A stretch of DNA of 49,982 bases, from positions 1 through 49,982 of the forward strand of contig JAGLNY010000011.1 in the NCBI GenBank assembly GCA_023139255.1, in the 5' to 3' direction. This DNA comes from Spirochaetales bacterium. Its GTDB lineage: Bacteria > Spirochaetota > Spirochaetia > JABMQR01. This document shows positions 26,856 to 35,176 of the stretch, in pieces (position 1 is the first letter of the stretch; the number at the start of each line of letters is the position of its first letter). A model generated the notes under the pieces. The model was not told the origin of the DNA. It searched no databases and saw only the letters and a program-made list of their open reading frames with translations. Position numbers and translations under genes: made by a program.

Positions 26856-29078
26856 CTACAACCCCTTCATCGATAAGCCAATCCGGTTTCGATCCAGATC
26901 GAGACTAAGCACCTTTACCATCACCTTCTGGTGAACTTTCACAAAATCAGAAGGATCCTTTACGAACTTGTCAGCAAGCTGGCTGATATGAACCAATCCA
27001 TCCTGATGTACCCCAATATCAATAAAAGCACCAAATGCCGTGACATTGGTAACAATACCGGGAAGCACCATCCCCTCACTTAAATCCTTAGGCGTATGTA
27101 CCTGGTCAGAAAACTGGAAAGCCTCATACTCTGCTCTTGGGTCCCTGCCCGGCTTTTCCAGCTCCTGCAGAATATCGCGCAGAGTCGGAAGCCCAACAGA
27201 ATCTGAGACATATTCTTCAAGTGAAATCTTGCGCCGCCGCTCAGGACTGGAAACCAGATCGTCAACAGAACAACCAAGATCCTCAGCCATCTTTTGTACA
27301 ACGGAATACGACTCCGGATGTACGGCACTGGCATCAAGAGGATTTTCCGCATTACGAATCCTGAGAAACCCCGCTGCCTGCTCAAAAACTTTTGCACCAA
27401 TTCCCGCAACCTCTTTCAACTGCGTACGACCCTTGATTTTTCCATGTTCTTCACGGTAACTGCAGATAGCCTCAGCCGTTCGGCTGGATATACCCGACAC
27501 ATAGCTGAGCAGCTGTTTACTGGCCGTATTAATCTCAACCCCGACTGAGTTGACACAGGAGAGAACCACATCATCCAATGCTCTTTTAAGCAGCCGTTGA
27601 TTAACATCATGCTGATACTGTCCTACACCGATCGATTGTGGATCGATTTTCACCAACTCAGCGAGCGGATCCATCAAACGACGCCCGATGGAAACAGCTC
27701 CGCGAACAGTGACATCCTTATCGGGAAATTCCTCCCGCGCTATAGCCGAGGCTGAATAGATAGAAGCGCCACTCTCATTAACCATGACAACAACTATCGG
27801 CTCCCCGGAAGCAGTTTTAAATCCATCAACCGCATCACGGACAAAAGCTTCAGCTTCCCTGCCCCCAGTACCATTACCCACCGCAATAGCCTCGATATCA
27901 AATTGCCTGCAGAGATTCCGGACAATCTTCGCTGATTCAGCAGTACGCTGCTTCGGGACAAGCGGATATATGACATCATTGTGTTTCAGATCACCCTTTG
28001 CATCAAGACAAACAAGCTTGCAGCCGGAAACAAGTCCGGGATCCAGCGCCAGAATACTTTTCTGACCCAGTGGTGAAGCAAGCAGCAGCTCACGGATATT
28101 TTCTGCAAACACCCGGATGGCCTCCTCATCAGCCCGCTCTTTACACTCTTTTTCCATAGCATATTCAAGTGAAGGAGAAGTCAGCCTCTTATAACCATCT
28201 ACGGCAGCTTCCCATACCAAGGCAGTTGCCGTATTGCTCTCTACCCGATTTCTCCCGAGAACCATCTCATCAATTACCCGGAGGGCATCCTCTTCCTCAG
28301 GCAGGAAGTGTGTTATCAGGAATCCCTCAGCGGCTCCCCGAAGCACAGCCAATATTCTGTGTGACGGTGCACCCGAAGCAGATTCAGACCACTCAAAATA
28401 ATCCCGGAATTTTGCTGCTTTCGGATCTTTTTCCATAATGCTGATGATACGCGAGGACATGGTTCCCCGCTTCGTGAAGAGCTGACGAAGCTCCTGTCTC
28501 AGCTCTTTCGTCTCATTCAACACCTCTGCAATGATATCCCTGGCTCCTGCCAGCGCATCTTCCGAAGAAGTTATCTTTTTTTCAGGATTAAGAAACTCTG
28601 AGGCTTTTAGCACAACTGCATCCTCAGATACCGGCCTGCATAGAGCAAACCTGAGAGGTTCAGACAGTTTAGCCCCGGTACCCATAGACAGGAGCCATCC
28701 AGCCAGCCCTTCCAGTCCGGCCTCCCTGGCTATACTTCCCCTGGTTCGTTTTTTCGGTCTGAAAGGAAGATAGATATCCTCAAGCTGAACAAGGGTATCA
28801 GCATCTTTTACCGCTTGTTCCAGCTCCGGGGTCAGCAGTTCCCGCTCCTGGAGGGATTTCAGGATAGCTTCTCTCCTCTTTTCCAGTTCTGTAAAAGTAA
28901 TATGGGCATCACGGATTGCCCGTATCTGCACCTCGTCCAGTTCGCCGGTAGCCTCTTTCCTGTATCGGGCAATAAAAGGCACAGTACACCCTTCATCAAA
29001 AAGACGGAGTACCGCATCAACCTGATATACACTTGTTTGAGTTACACTGCTTATATGTTTAATCATTTTCACTTTCAT
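26856..29078 (-). CDS. tex: Tex-like transcription accessory protein (S1 RNA-binding)
   Basis: 740 aa. LFDEGCTVPFIARYRKE N-terminus, YqgF-like and HhH regions, C-terminal S1 GIVTNVTAFGAFIDIGVHQDGLVHIS. Confidence 0.93.
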   Translation of the reverse strand: MKVKMIKHISSVTQTSVYQVDAVLRLFDEGCTVPFIARYRKEATGELDEVQIRAIRDAHITFTELEKRREAILKSLQERELLTPELEQAVKDADTLVQLEDIYLPFRPKKRTRGSIAREAGLEGLAGWLLSMGTGAKLSEPLRFALCRPVSEDAVVLKASEFLNPEKKITSSEDALAGARDIIAEVLNETKELRQELRQLFTKRGTMSSRIISIMEKDPKAAKFRDYFEWSESASGAPSHRILAVLRGAAEGFLITHFLPEEEDALRVIDEMVLGRNRVESNTATALVWEAAVDGYKRLTSPSLEYAMEKECKERADEEAIRVFAENIRELLLASPLGQKSILALDPGLVSGCKLVCLDAKGDLKHNDVIYPLVPKQRTAESAKIVRNLCRQFDIEAIAVGNGTGGREAEAFVRDAVDGFKTASGEPIVVVMVNESGASIYSASAIAREEFPDKDVTVRGAVSIGRRLMDPLAELVKIDPQSIGVGQYQHDVNQRLLKRALDDVVLSCVNSVGVEINTASKQLLSYVSGISSRTAEAICSYREEHGKIKGRTQLKEVAGIGAKVFEQAAGFLRIRNAENPLDASAVHPESYSVVQKMAEDLGCSVDDLVSSPERRRKISLEEYVSDSVGLPTLRDILQELEKPGRDPRAEYEAFQFSDQVHTPKDLSEGMVLPGIVTNVTAFGAFIDIGVHQDGLVHISQLADKFVKDPSDFVKVHQKVMVKVLSLDLDRNRIGLSMKGL

Positions 29079-29116
29079 AGGGGAAAAATAACATGAAATC
29101 GTTTTTGAAGGAAGCT

Positions 29117-29147
29117 ATAATTGAAGTTTTTCCAAAACTTCAATTAT
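29117..29147. repeat. Perfect 14-bp inverted repeat with 3-nt loop between thiF-like stop and tex start
   Basis: ATAATTGAAGTTTT (29117-29130), tcc, AAAACTTCAATTAT (29134-29147). No clean U run on the minus strand. Confidence 0.6.
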
Positions 29148-29162
29148 TCAAATAATATATTA

Positions 29163-29894
29163 CTATTTCTTACCACAAACAGGACAGGCAGGATCAGGCG
29201 AAATCCGAACTTCATCAAATTCCGCTTTTGTTCCGTCGAATATAAGCATCCTGCCCAGCAGCGGTTCACCTATACCCGTAATCAACTTCAGTACCTCAAG
29301 TGCCTGCATTGAGGAGAGAACACCAACTGCAGCTCCTATGACAGGAATTGGCCCTTTAGTATCTACCTTTTCCGGTATCAAACAAGCCAGACAAGGAGCA
29401 GTATCAGGATAGAAAACGGTTATCTGCCCGCTCATCCCATACATTCCTGCATGAACCATTGGGATTTCCCGACCAACACAATACTTGTTCACGATAAATC
29501 TTGATTCAAAGGAATCAAGACAATCAACTATGATATCAGTACCCGCTGCAGCTGTATGTATTGTCTCATCTGTCAGCCGTTGGGGAACGGCTTTTATCTC
29601 GACTCGAGGATTCAGCTGAGAAATCATCTCCTTTGCAGAATCTACCTTAAGCTTTCCCAGATTCGTTTCCGCATGCAGTATTTGCCTGTTCAGGTTTGTT
29701 TCCTCTACAGTATCAGGATCACAGAGAATAAGCTTTCCCACTCCTGCCGCTGCGAGGTACATAGCCGCAGCACTGGCAAGACCGCCTGTGCCTGCAAGCA
29801 ATACGGTAGCCCTGCCAACTTTTTCCTGCGCCTCTACACCCCAGCCGGGGTAAATTAGCTGCCGAAAATATGTTTTATATTGATCCGGGAACAT
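29163..29894 (-). CDS. ThiF/MoeB/HesA-family E1-like adenylyltransferase
   Basis: Gly-rich loop LLAGTGGLAS, DPDTVEETNLNRQ, two CxxC pairs (CLAC, CPVC). Confidence 0.88.
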   Translation of the reverse strand: MFPDQYKTYFRQLIYPGWGVEAQEKVGRATVLLAGTGGLASAAAMYLAAAGVGKLILCDPDTVEETNLNRQILHAETNLGKLKVDSAKEMISQLNPRVEIKAVPQRLTDETIHTAAAGTDIIVDCLDSFESRFIVNKYCVGREIPMVHAGMYGMSGQITVFYPDTAPCLACLIPEKVDTKGPIPVIGAAVGVLSSMQALEVLKLITGIGEPLLGRMLIFDGTKAEFDEVRISPDPACPVCGKK

Positions 29895-29927
29895 AAAGAA
29901 CCTCCAGAGGATTCAAAAGAGTTTTTA

Positions 29928-30665
29928 CTACTGCCCTGTAATTGATATAAGCTCAATATCAAAAACCAGCAGTACATTCGGACCGATCAAATCTCCTGCT
30001 CCCATCTCACCATATCCAAGATCCGGGTGAATATAGAACCGGTAGCTGCTGCCCACACTCATTAGCTGAACACCTTCAGTCCATCCTGAAATTACACCGT
30101 CAAGCGGGAATGTTGCCGGAGTTCCTCTCTGGTAAGAACTGTCAAAGACAGTACCATCAACAAGGGTTCCGCTGTAATGAACAGTTACTTCATCTTCACG
30201 GGCCGGTTTTGGGCCTTCGCCTTCTACAACAACCTCATACTGGAGACCGCTTTCGGTAGTAATAATTCCTTCCCTGTCCTTATTTTCAGCCAGGAATTCC
30301 TCCGCTATCTGAAGATTGACGCCTGCAGCTTCTTCTGCTAAAACCTGCTGCTCGGCAATAAGAACTTCCTGGTACTCCATCATAATCTGGTCCATTTCAT
30401 CCAATGTGTAGACAGATTCCCCGCCTTCATACACATCTTCCATTGCCATGGCGAAATATCGGTAATCCAGATCTACTCCCTGATTCTTGTAACCATCGGA
30501 CATCAAATATCCAAAAGCATAACTAACACGCTCAATAAGTGTTTCAGGATCCGGAAGCGGCTCCTGTGCACTAACTTCCTCGACAGGATCCTGCTTGGCA
30601 CAGCCTGTAACCACAACAAATAGAAGTGTGATAATAATACATGCCGCTAATATACGTTTTTTCAT
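29928..30665 (-). CDS. FKBP-type peptidyl-prolyl isomerase lipoprotein (FkpA/Mip-like)
   Basis: MKKRILAAC..VVTGC lipobox at the internal ATG 30665 (the ORF track extends to 30803). VHYSGTLVDGTVFDSS and LLVFDIELI FKBP motifs. Confidence 0.88.
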   Translation of the reverse strand: MKKRILAACIIITLLFVVVTGCAKQDPVEEVSAQEPLPDPETLIERVSYAFGYLMSDGYKNQGVDLDYRYFAMAMEDVYEGGESVYTLDEMDQIMMEYQEVLIAEQQVLAEEAAGVNLQIAEEFLAENKDREGIITTESGLQYEVVVEGEGPKPAREDEVTVHYSGTLVDGTVFDSSYQRGTPATFPLDGVISGWTEGVQLMSVGSSYRFYIHPDLGYGEMGAGDLIGPNVLLVFDIELISITGQ

Positions 30666-30783
30666 GGTGAATACCTTCCTTGTGCAAACTTTTTTTGCGT
30701 AACTTCCATAATGTACCAAAGAGTACAAAAAAAAGCAAAGAAGTTTGGGATAATTCCAAAATATTGCAGGAGAAAGTTGTCTT

Positions 30784-30807
30784 CCTGTCATTATGCCTGT
30801 CATTATG
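30784..30807 (+). repeat. Perfect tandem duplication of the 12-mer CCTGTCATTATG
   Basis: Unit at 30784-30795 repeated at 30796-30807, ending 11 nt upstream of the predicted -35. Confidence 0.9.
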
Positions 30808-30818
30808 TAAAAAAGCTA

Positions 30819-30847
30819 TTGAACTCTCACTTTTTGGGTACTATACT
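30819..30847 (+). promoter_or_regulatory. Sigma70-like promoter placed for a leaderless transcript
   Basis: TTGAAC (30819-30824), 17-nt spacer, TATACT (30842-30847). The ATG at 30853 lies 6 nt after the -10 and there is no SD. Confidence 0.45.
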
Positions 30848-30852
30848 ACGGT

Positions 30853-32727
30853 ATGAGAAAAATAGTACTTATCCTTGGTTTTATACTCCTGGCCATCAGC
30901 GTTTTCGAGATTGTGTTTAATTTCGGATTGAGCTTTAATGCAAAATCCGTGGAAAAAGGCGTAATAAGTTTCTCTGAAAATTCATATAATTCAATACGCC
31001 CAACGCTGCTGAAAGGGGATTGGGAAATTTACCCCGGTTTTCTGCCTGAATCAGTGCAGCCGGAATTCCCGGATAACCCGCTGTACAGTAAAATACCATC
31101 CAGCTGGACCTCCATATCTGCAGTTGGTGAAAAAATAGAGTCTTTCGGATTTGCCTCATATAGAGTTCGTTTAATCCTGCCTGAACCAGGGTATTACAGT
31201 ATCGCAGTTAATAATGTGTACACTGCATATAAAATGTATGTGAATGATATTCCTGTTATTTCAACCGGCACTTTCGGGATAGATAAAGAGAGCCACTACC
31301 CCCGTTTTTCGGATAAAATTGCCACTTTTTACTGCAGTGAGCCGGAAGCGGATATCGTATTTCTTGTCAGCAATTTCACCCACCCTTATGGGGGGTTTGG
31401 GAAAGCCCCGATTTTCGGTCTTCCTCATGATATAAACCGTTTAATGACAATAACACACAGTACCTCGTTCTTTTTAATCGGTATTCTTTGCATGACTTCA
31501 CTGTTTATGCTCTTTTTCTATGGTAAAAGCAATCAGGATAAAAGTATTCTCTATTTTGCCGTCTTGTGTCTTATGATCTCCCTAAGAACTATTACCACAA
31601 ATACTATGGTTACGTTTATAATTCCCGGTATCCCTACATTTCTGCAGCTGAAACTTGAGTATATCTCTTTTACTCTGGCTTTCATCACATTTCTTCTTTA
31701 CAACAAATACGCATTTCCCCACATTATTCATCCTCTTGTCAGGAAGATCATAGTCAGCATTTCCGCCATTTACTCATTGGCTATCATAATCCTGCCGATT
31801 CATATCTATAATAAGGTATTGCCTTACTTTTTCATCATACTGATCGCAACAGCTATATACTGGTTAATTTCCATGTTCGGTTCCTGGTTCAAAAAGGATC
31901 AAACATCAGGGATAATACTTTTCGGGGGATTTATCCTGGCATTAGCGATAATTAATGATATCATCTATTATTTTGCCGGCATAACAAATCTTTTTGCTGC
32001 TGAACTAAGTGCTTTCGGTTTTACTTTCTTTATAATAACGCATTCAAATGAATTCTCACATAAGTTCCTTCAGGCGTTGCAGATCGCTTCTGAGACAACC
32101 AAAAGTCTGGAAAAAAAGGTTCTTGACAGGACCCGACAGCTCAGTGACCTGAACAGCAAACTGCTTCTGATGGCTACCAAGGATGAACTGACAAATCTTT
32201 GGAACAGGAATGAATTACAGCGGAGATCTGAAGAAGAGACGGCAAAATACAACCGGTACTATACCACAAACTCAACCTATTTTTCCCTTCTTTACATCGA
32301 CCTTGATAATTTTAAATACTACAACGACACCTTCTCCCATGAAGCCGGGGATAGGATTCTTAAAATATTTGCTGAAGTACTTAAAAAACTAAGCAGGAAA
32401 TCCGATACGGTTTTTCGTATGGGCGGTGATGAATTTGTCATATTTCTACCCAAAACCGATAATAGCGGGGCATCACGTTTTTCCCAAAGAATCCTCGACA
32501 ATCTGGACCCATTCAATGTTTCTATTACAGCTGAATTGAGCACTATGATTCATCATCAGGTGGTCATATCCCGTGAACGGCAGCTTACCTGTTCAATCGG
32601 AATAGCTGTTCATGAAAATGGATTTATAAATATTGACCGGTTAATCCAATATGCGGATACAGCTCTTCTCAGGGCAAAAGAGCAAGGAAAAAACTGCTAT
32701 ATTTTACATTCAGGCCATTTGCTCTAG
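30853..32727 (+). CDS. 7TMR-DISM sensor diguanylate cyclase (extracellular DISMED2-like domain, 7 TM, GGDEF)
   Basis: N-terminal TM, ~180-aa extracytoplasmic domain, seven hydrophobic helices, coiled linker. RMGGDEF with an intact RKSD I-site five residues upstream. Confidence 0.88.
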   Translation: MRKIVLILGFILLAISVFEIVFNFGLSFNAKSVEKGVISFSENSYNSIRPTLLKGDWEIYPGFLPESVQPEFPDNPLYSKIPSSWTSISAVGEKIESFGFASYRVRLILPEPGYYSIAVNNVYTAYKMYVNDIPVISTGTFGIDKESHYPRFSDKIATFYCSEPEADIVFLVSNFTHPYGGFGKAPIFGLPHDINRLMTITHSTSFFLIGILCMTSLFMLFFYGKSNQDKSILYFAVLCLMISLRTITTNTMVTFIIPGIPTFLQLKLEYISFTLAFITFLLYNKYAFPHIIHPLVRKIIVSISAIYSLAIIILPIHIYNKVLPYFFIILIATAIYWLISMFGSWFKKDQTSGIILFGGFILALAIINDIIYYFAGITNLFAAELSAFGFTFFIITHSNEFSHKFLQALQIASETTKSLEKKVLDRTRQLSDLNSKLLLMATKDELTNLWNRNELQRRSEEETAKYNRYYTTNSTYFSLLYIDLDNFKYYNDTFSHEAGDRILKIFAEVLKKLSRKSDTVFRMGGDEFVIFLPKTDNSGASRFSQRILDNLDPFNVSITAELSTMIHHQVVISRERQLTCSIGIAVHENGFINIDRLIQYADTALLRAKEQGKNCYILHSGHLL

Positions 32728-32737
32728 AACTGCCCTG

Positions 32738-33583
32738 TCAGCCTCGCAAATGATCAATCATGCCCATTTTGTTCAGTATCAACAGATAATCAAGAGTAAT
32801 TATAGGCCGCCACCAGGGAAGTTCAGGAAAAGGATTCGGTACTCCGCCGTCTTCCTCAATAGAATATACATAGAGGTCTATCTGTTTCTCCACAAGCTCC
32901 TCCGGCATCATGTCAATGAAATGATACCAGTAGCGAGTCAATAAAAAATATGTTTTCCTCTCTTCATATATGTGTTCTGTCAGCTTCTGCTGCAGCATAT
33001 CAAGCGACTGCTCCCAGTGCCTGAATGATGTTTCATACACAGCATAAATAAAAATGGGATAGTTATATTCCGTAAGGGTTTCAGGAACAGCAAGCGAATC
33101 AGCAAAGTTCCCTGCTACTTTCTTTGCATTCTGACGAAGAGGTATGTTGAATTTTGCAAGATATCCAGCCAGCGATAAAATCCTGGTTTCATCAGGATTA
33201 AGCCACCACTTCTGGTGGGGATAGGTTCGCACATCTTCAGGCAGGAACGGGATATTTCCGCTTTCAGTTAGTTTATGCTCCACCCAATCTCTTGCCCTTA
33301 ACAGCATCGGCTTAAACATATCCATGCGGCTGATCTTACTGATCAGCATATCCATATAATAAAAAGCTGTTTCCATCCCTATTCCGGAACTAATGGGAGT
33401 GAGCAGATCAGGCTCGATTCCATTACCGAAACCTCCGTCACTATTCTGGTAAGCTTCAATCGATTTTACACACATTTCTACTGATCCGCCCTCAAACAGA
33501 GCAGAATAGATTTGACGCTCAAGCAGTCTTGAATTCCTGAGAATATAGAACCTGGTTTTTTCAGAAATTGATTGTGTAAACAT
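32738..33583 (-). CDS. Hypothetical protein with prenyltransferase/terpene-cyclase-like repeats
   Basis: 281 aa. QNSDGGFGNG and EEDGGVPNP motifs resemble alpha/alpha-toroid repeats. Assignment is weak. Confidence 0.45.
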   Translation of the reverse strand: MFTQSISEKTRFYILRNSRLLERQIYSALFEGGSVEMCVKSIEAYQNSDGGFGNGIEPDLLTPISSGIGMETAFYYMDMLISKISRMDMFKPMLLRARDWVEHKLTESGNIPFLPEDVRTYPHQKWWLNPDETRILSLAGYLAKFNIPLRQNAKKVAGNFADSLAVPETLTEYNYPIFIYAVYETSFRHWEQSLDMLQQKLTEHIYEERKTYFLLTRYWYHFIDMMPEELVEKQIDLYVYSIEEDGGVPNPFPELPWWRPIITLDYLLILNKMGMIDHLRG

Positions 33584-33737
33584 GAGTTTTCACCTTATAT
33601 CAATTTTAATCCTGCACCTGCTGCCGCCGGTATCGTTTACCGTAGTGATAAATTTACTGCGTCAATATGCATCAAAACTTTTTCCATCTGCCATACAGTC
33701 AGTGTAACACACTCCTACTGTGACGTAAATTTCATTT

Positions 33738-34268
33738 TTACAGGATTGATGCCCCGGTACTATCCATAGCAGCAATTACTGGAAAATCCTTGATCCCAAT
33801 CCGGAACAAGGCTTCCGGGCCGAATTCCTGGAATGCAATACATTCAATGGAATGTACTTTTTGTGCATACAGAGCACCGCAGCCGCCGAAAGCATAGAAA
33901 TAGACGGCCCCATTCCTTCGCACCGCTTCCTGCACCGTCTGGCTTCTCGATCCTTTTCCTATCATCCCGATAAGTCCTGCATCCAGCAGTTCCGGTGTAA
34001 ATAGATCCATCCTTGAGGATGTTGTAGGTCCGCAGGAGCCAATAACAGCCCCATTCGGGGCAGGAGCCGGACCCATGTAAAAAATCGTCTCATCTTTCAA
34101 CGAAACCGGCAGCTCTTTACCGGAATTGAGGAGCAGCTGAAACTGCTCATGTACCTGATCCCGTCCGACAAGCATGGTACCTGAAAGCAGTATTTCCTCC
34201 CCGACACGAATCCCGGCAGCTATCTTTTTTGACATCGGCAGTGTTATTGAACGAATACTATTCTTCAT
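33738..34268 (-). CDS. Fe-S hydro-lyase beta subunit (class I fumarate hydratase / tartrate dehydratase beta)
   Basis: 176 aa. LSGTMLVGRDQVH, GPTTSSRMD, IGKG motifs. Adjacent to the alpha subunit gene. Confidence 0.88.
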   Translation of the reverse strand: MKNSIRSITLPMSKKIAAGIRVGEEILLSGTMLVGRDQVHEQFQLLLNSGKELPVSLKDETIFYMGPAPAPNGAVIGSCGPTTSSRMDLFTPELLDAGLIGMIGKGSRSQTVQEAVRRNGAVYFYAFGGCGALYAQKVHSIECIAFQEFGPEALFRIGIKDFPVIAAMDSTGASIL

Positions 34269-34271
34269 TTA

Positions 34272-35135
34272 TCAGAATTCTCCCAGCACAATCTTCTGCT
34301 TTCTATCAGCCCAGCAGCTTATACTCACCCCAACGGGCATACCCGCTATATGTGTTGATTCAACCTCAATTTTTACTGCCATGGCGGTAGTAACCCCTCC
34401 CAATCCTCCTGGGCCAATATTCAAATTATTTATTTTCAATAAAATCTTTTTCTCAAGCTCTGCATAACTGCTTTTCGGATGCTTATCCAGAACATCCCTG
34501 AAAAGTGCCCTCTTTGAGAGAAGCATAGCCCGATCTGCCGTTCCGCCTATCCCGACACCAACAATAATCGGAGGACAGGGCTTCCCTCCTGCTGCTGAAA
34601 TAATCATGGTAACAGCATCAATTATTCCCTTTGTCCCGGCAGTAGGGTTGAGCATAACCAGTCCGCTGCAATTCTCGCTCCCAAACCCTTTAAGCATAAT
34701 TTGCAGGGTAAGCTGATTCCCGGGTACAATCTTGTGATATATTACTGCAGGGAGATTGTTGCCGGTATTCTCTCTTTGGAAAACGGGATCTTTCACCACA
34801 GAGTTTCGAAAAAAACCATCCGGGTACGCTGTTTCAATTCCTGTATTAACCGCTTTATCAATATCAGAAAGAATTATTGGGGCATCTGCACCGATATCCA
34901 CAAATACCAGGACCATTCCGGTATCCTGACACATAGGTATATGCATCTTCTCGGCAGTATCAAGATTTTCCAGGATTTTTCTGATAACCACAGCACCCCT
35001 GGAACCAGCCTTCTCTTCTTTGACAGCAGCTTCCTGCAGGGCTTCCCTGACATCACTTGAAAGAACAACACCTGCATTCTTCACAGCTTCATATACAGAT
35101 TGTTCAATTCCTTCAAAGCTTATTGTTTTTTTCAT
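34272..35135 (-). CDS. Fe-S hydro-lyase alpha subunit (class I fumarate hydratase / tartrate dehydratase alpha)
   Basis: PMCQDTGMV, GFGSENCS, PCPPIIVGVGIGGT motifs. ATG at 35135 (the ORF track TTG is at 35153). Confidence 0.88.
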   Translation of the reverse strand: MKKTISFEGIEQSVYEAVKNAGVVLSSDVREALQEAAVKEEKAGSRGAVVIRKILENLDTAEKMHIPMCQDTGMVLVFVDIGADAPIILSDIDKAVNTGIETAYPDGFFRNSVVKDPVFQRENTGNNLPAVIYHKIVPGNQLTLQIMLKGFGSENCSGLVMLNPTAGTKGIIDAVTMIISAAGGKPCPPIIVGVGIGGTADRAMLLSKRALFRDVLDKHPKSSYAELEKKILLKINNLNIGPGGLGGVTTAMAVKIEVESTHIAGMPVGVSISCWADRKQKIVLGEF

Positions 35136-35176
35136 ACCACCCACTATACCCAAAAATATCCCTTTAACCTAGGGGA

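Noticed and set aside
27040-28773. Numerous 60-140-aa ORFs on both strands inside tex. The same kind of ORF occurs inside cheA (14066-14908), the MCP, the M16 peptidase, pfkB (38171-39231), the patatin gene and others.
   Set aside because: They are nested in or antisense to long ORFs with clear family motifs, lack SD sequences, and have low-complexity translations. These are shadow ORFs.
29163-29894. The stand-alone ThiF/MoeB E1-like gene as part of a ubiquitin-like or novel conjugation system.
   Set aside because: No ThiS/MoaD-like GG-terminated small ORF, JAB protease or E2-like gene is adjacent. The neighbours are tex and FKBP, so an ordinary cofactor-biosynthesis role elsewhere in the genome is more likely.
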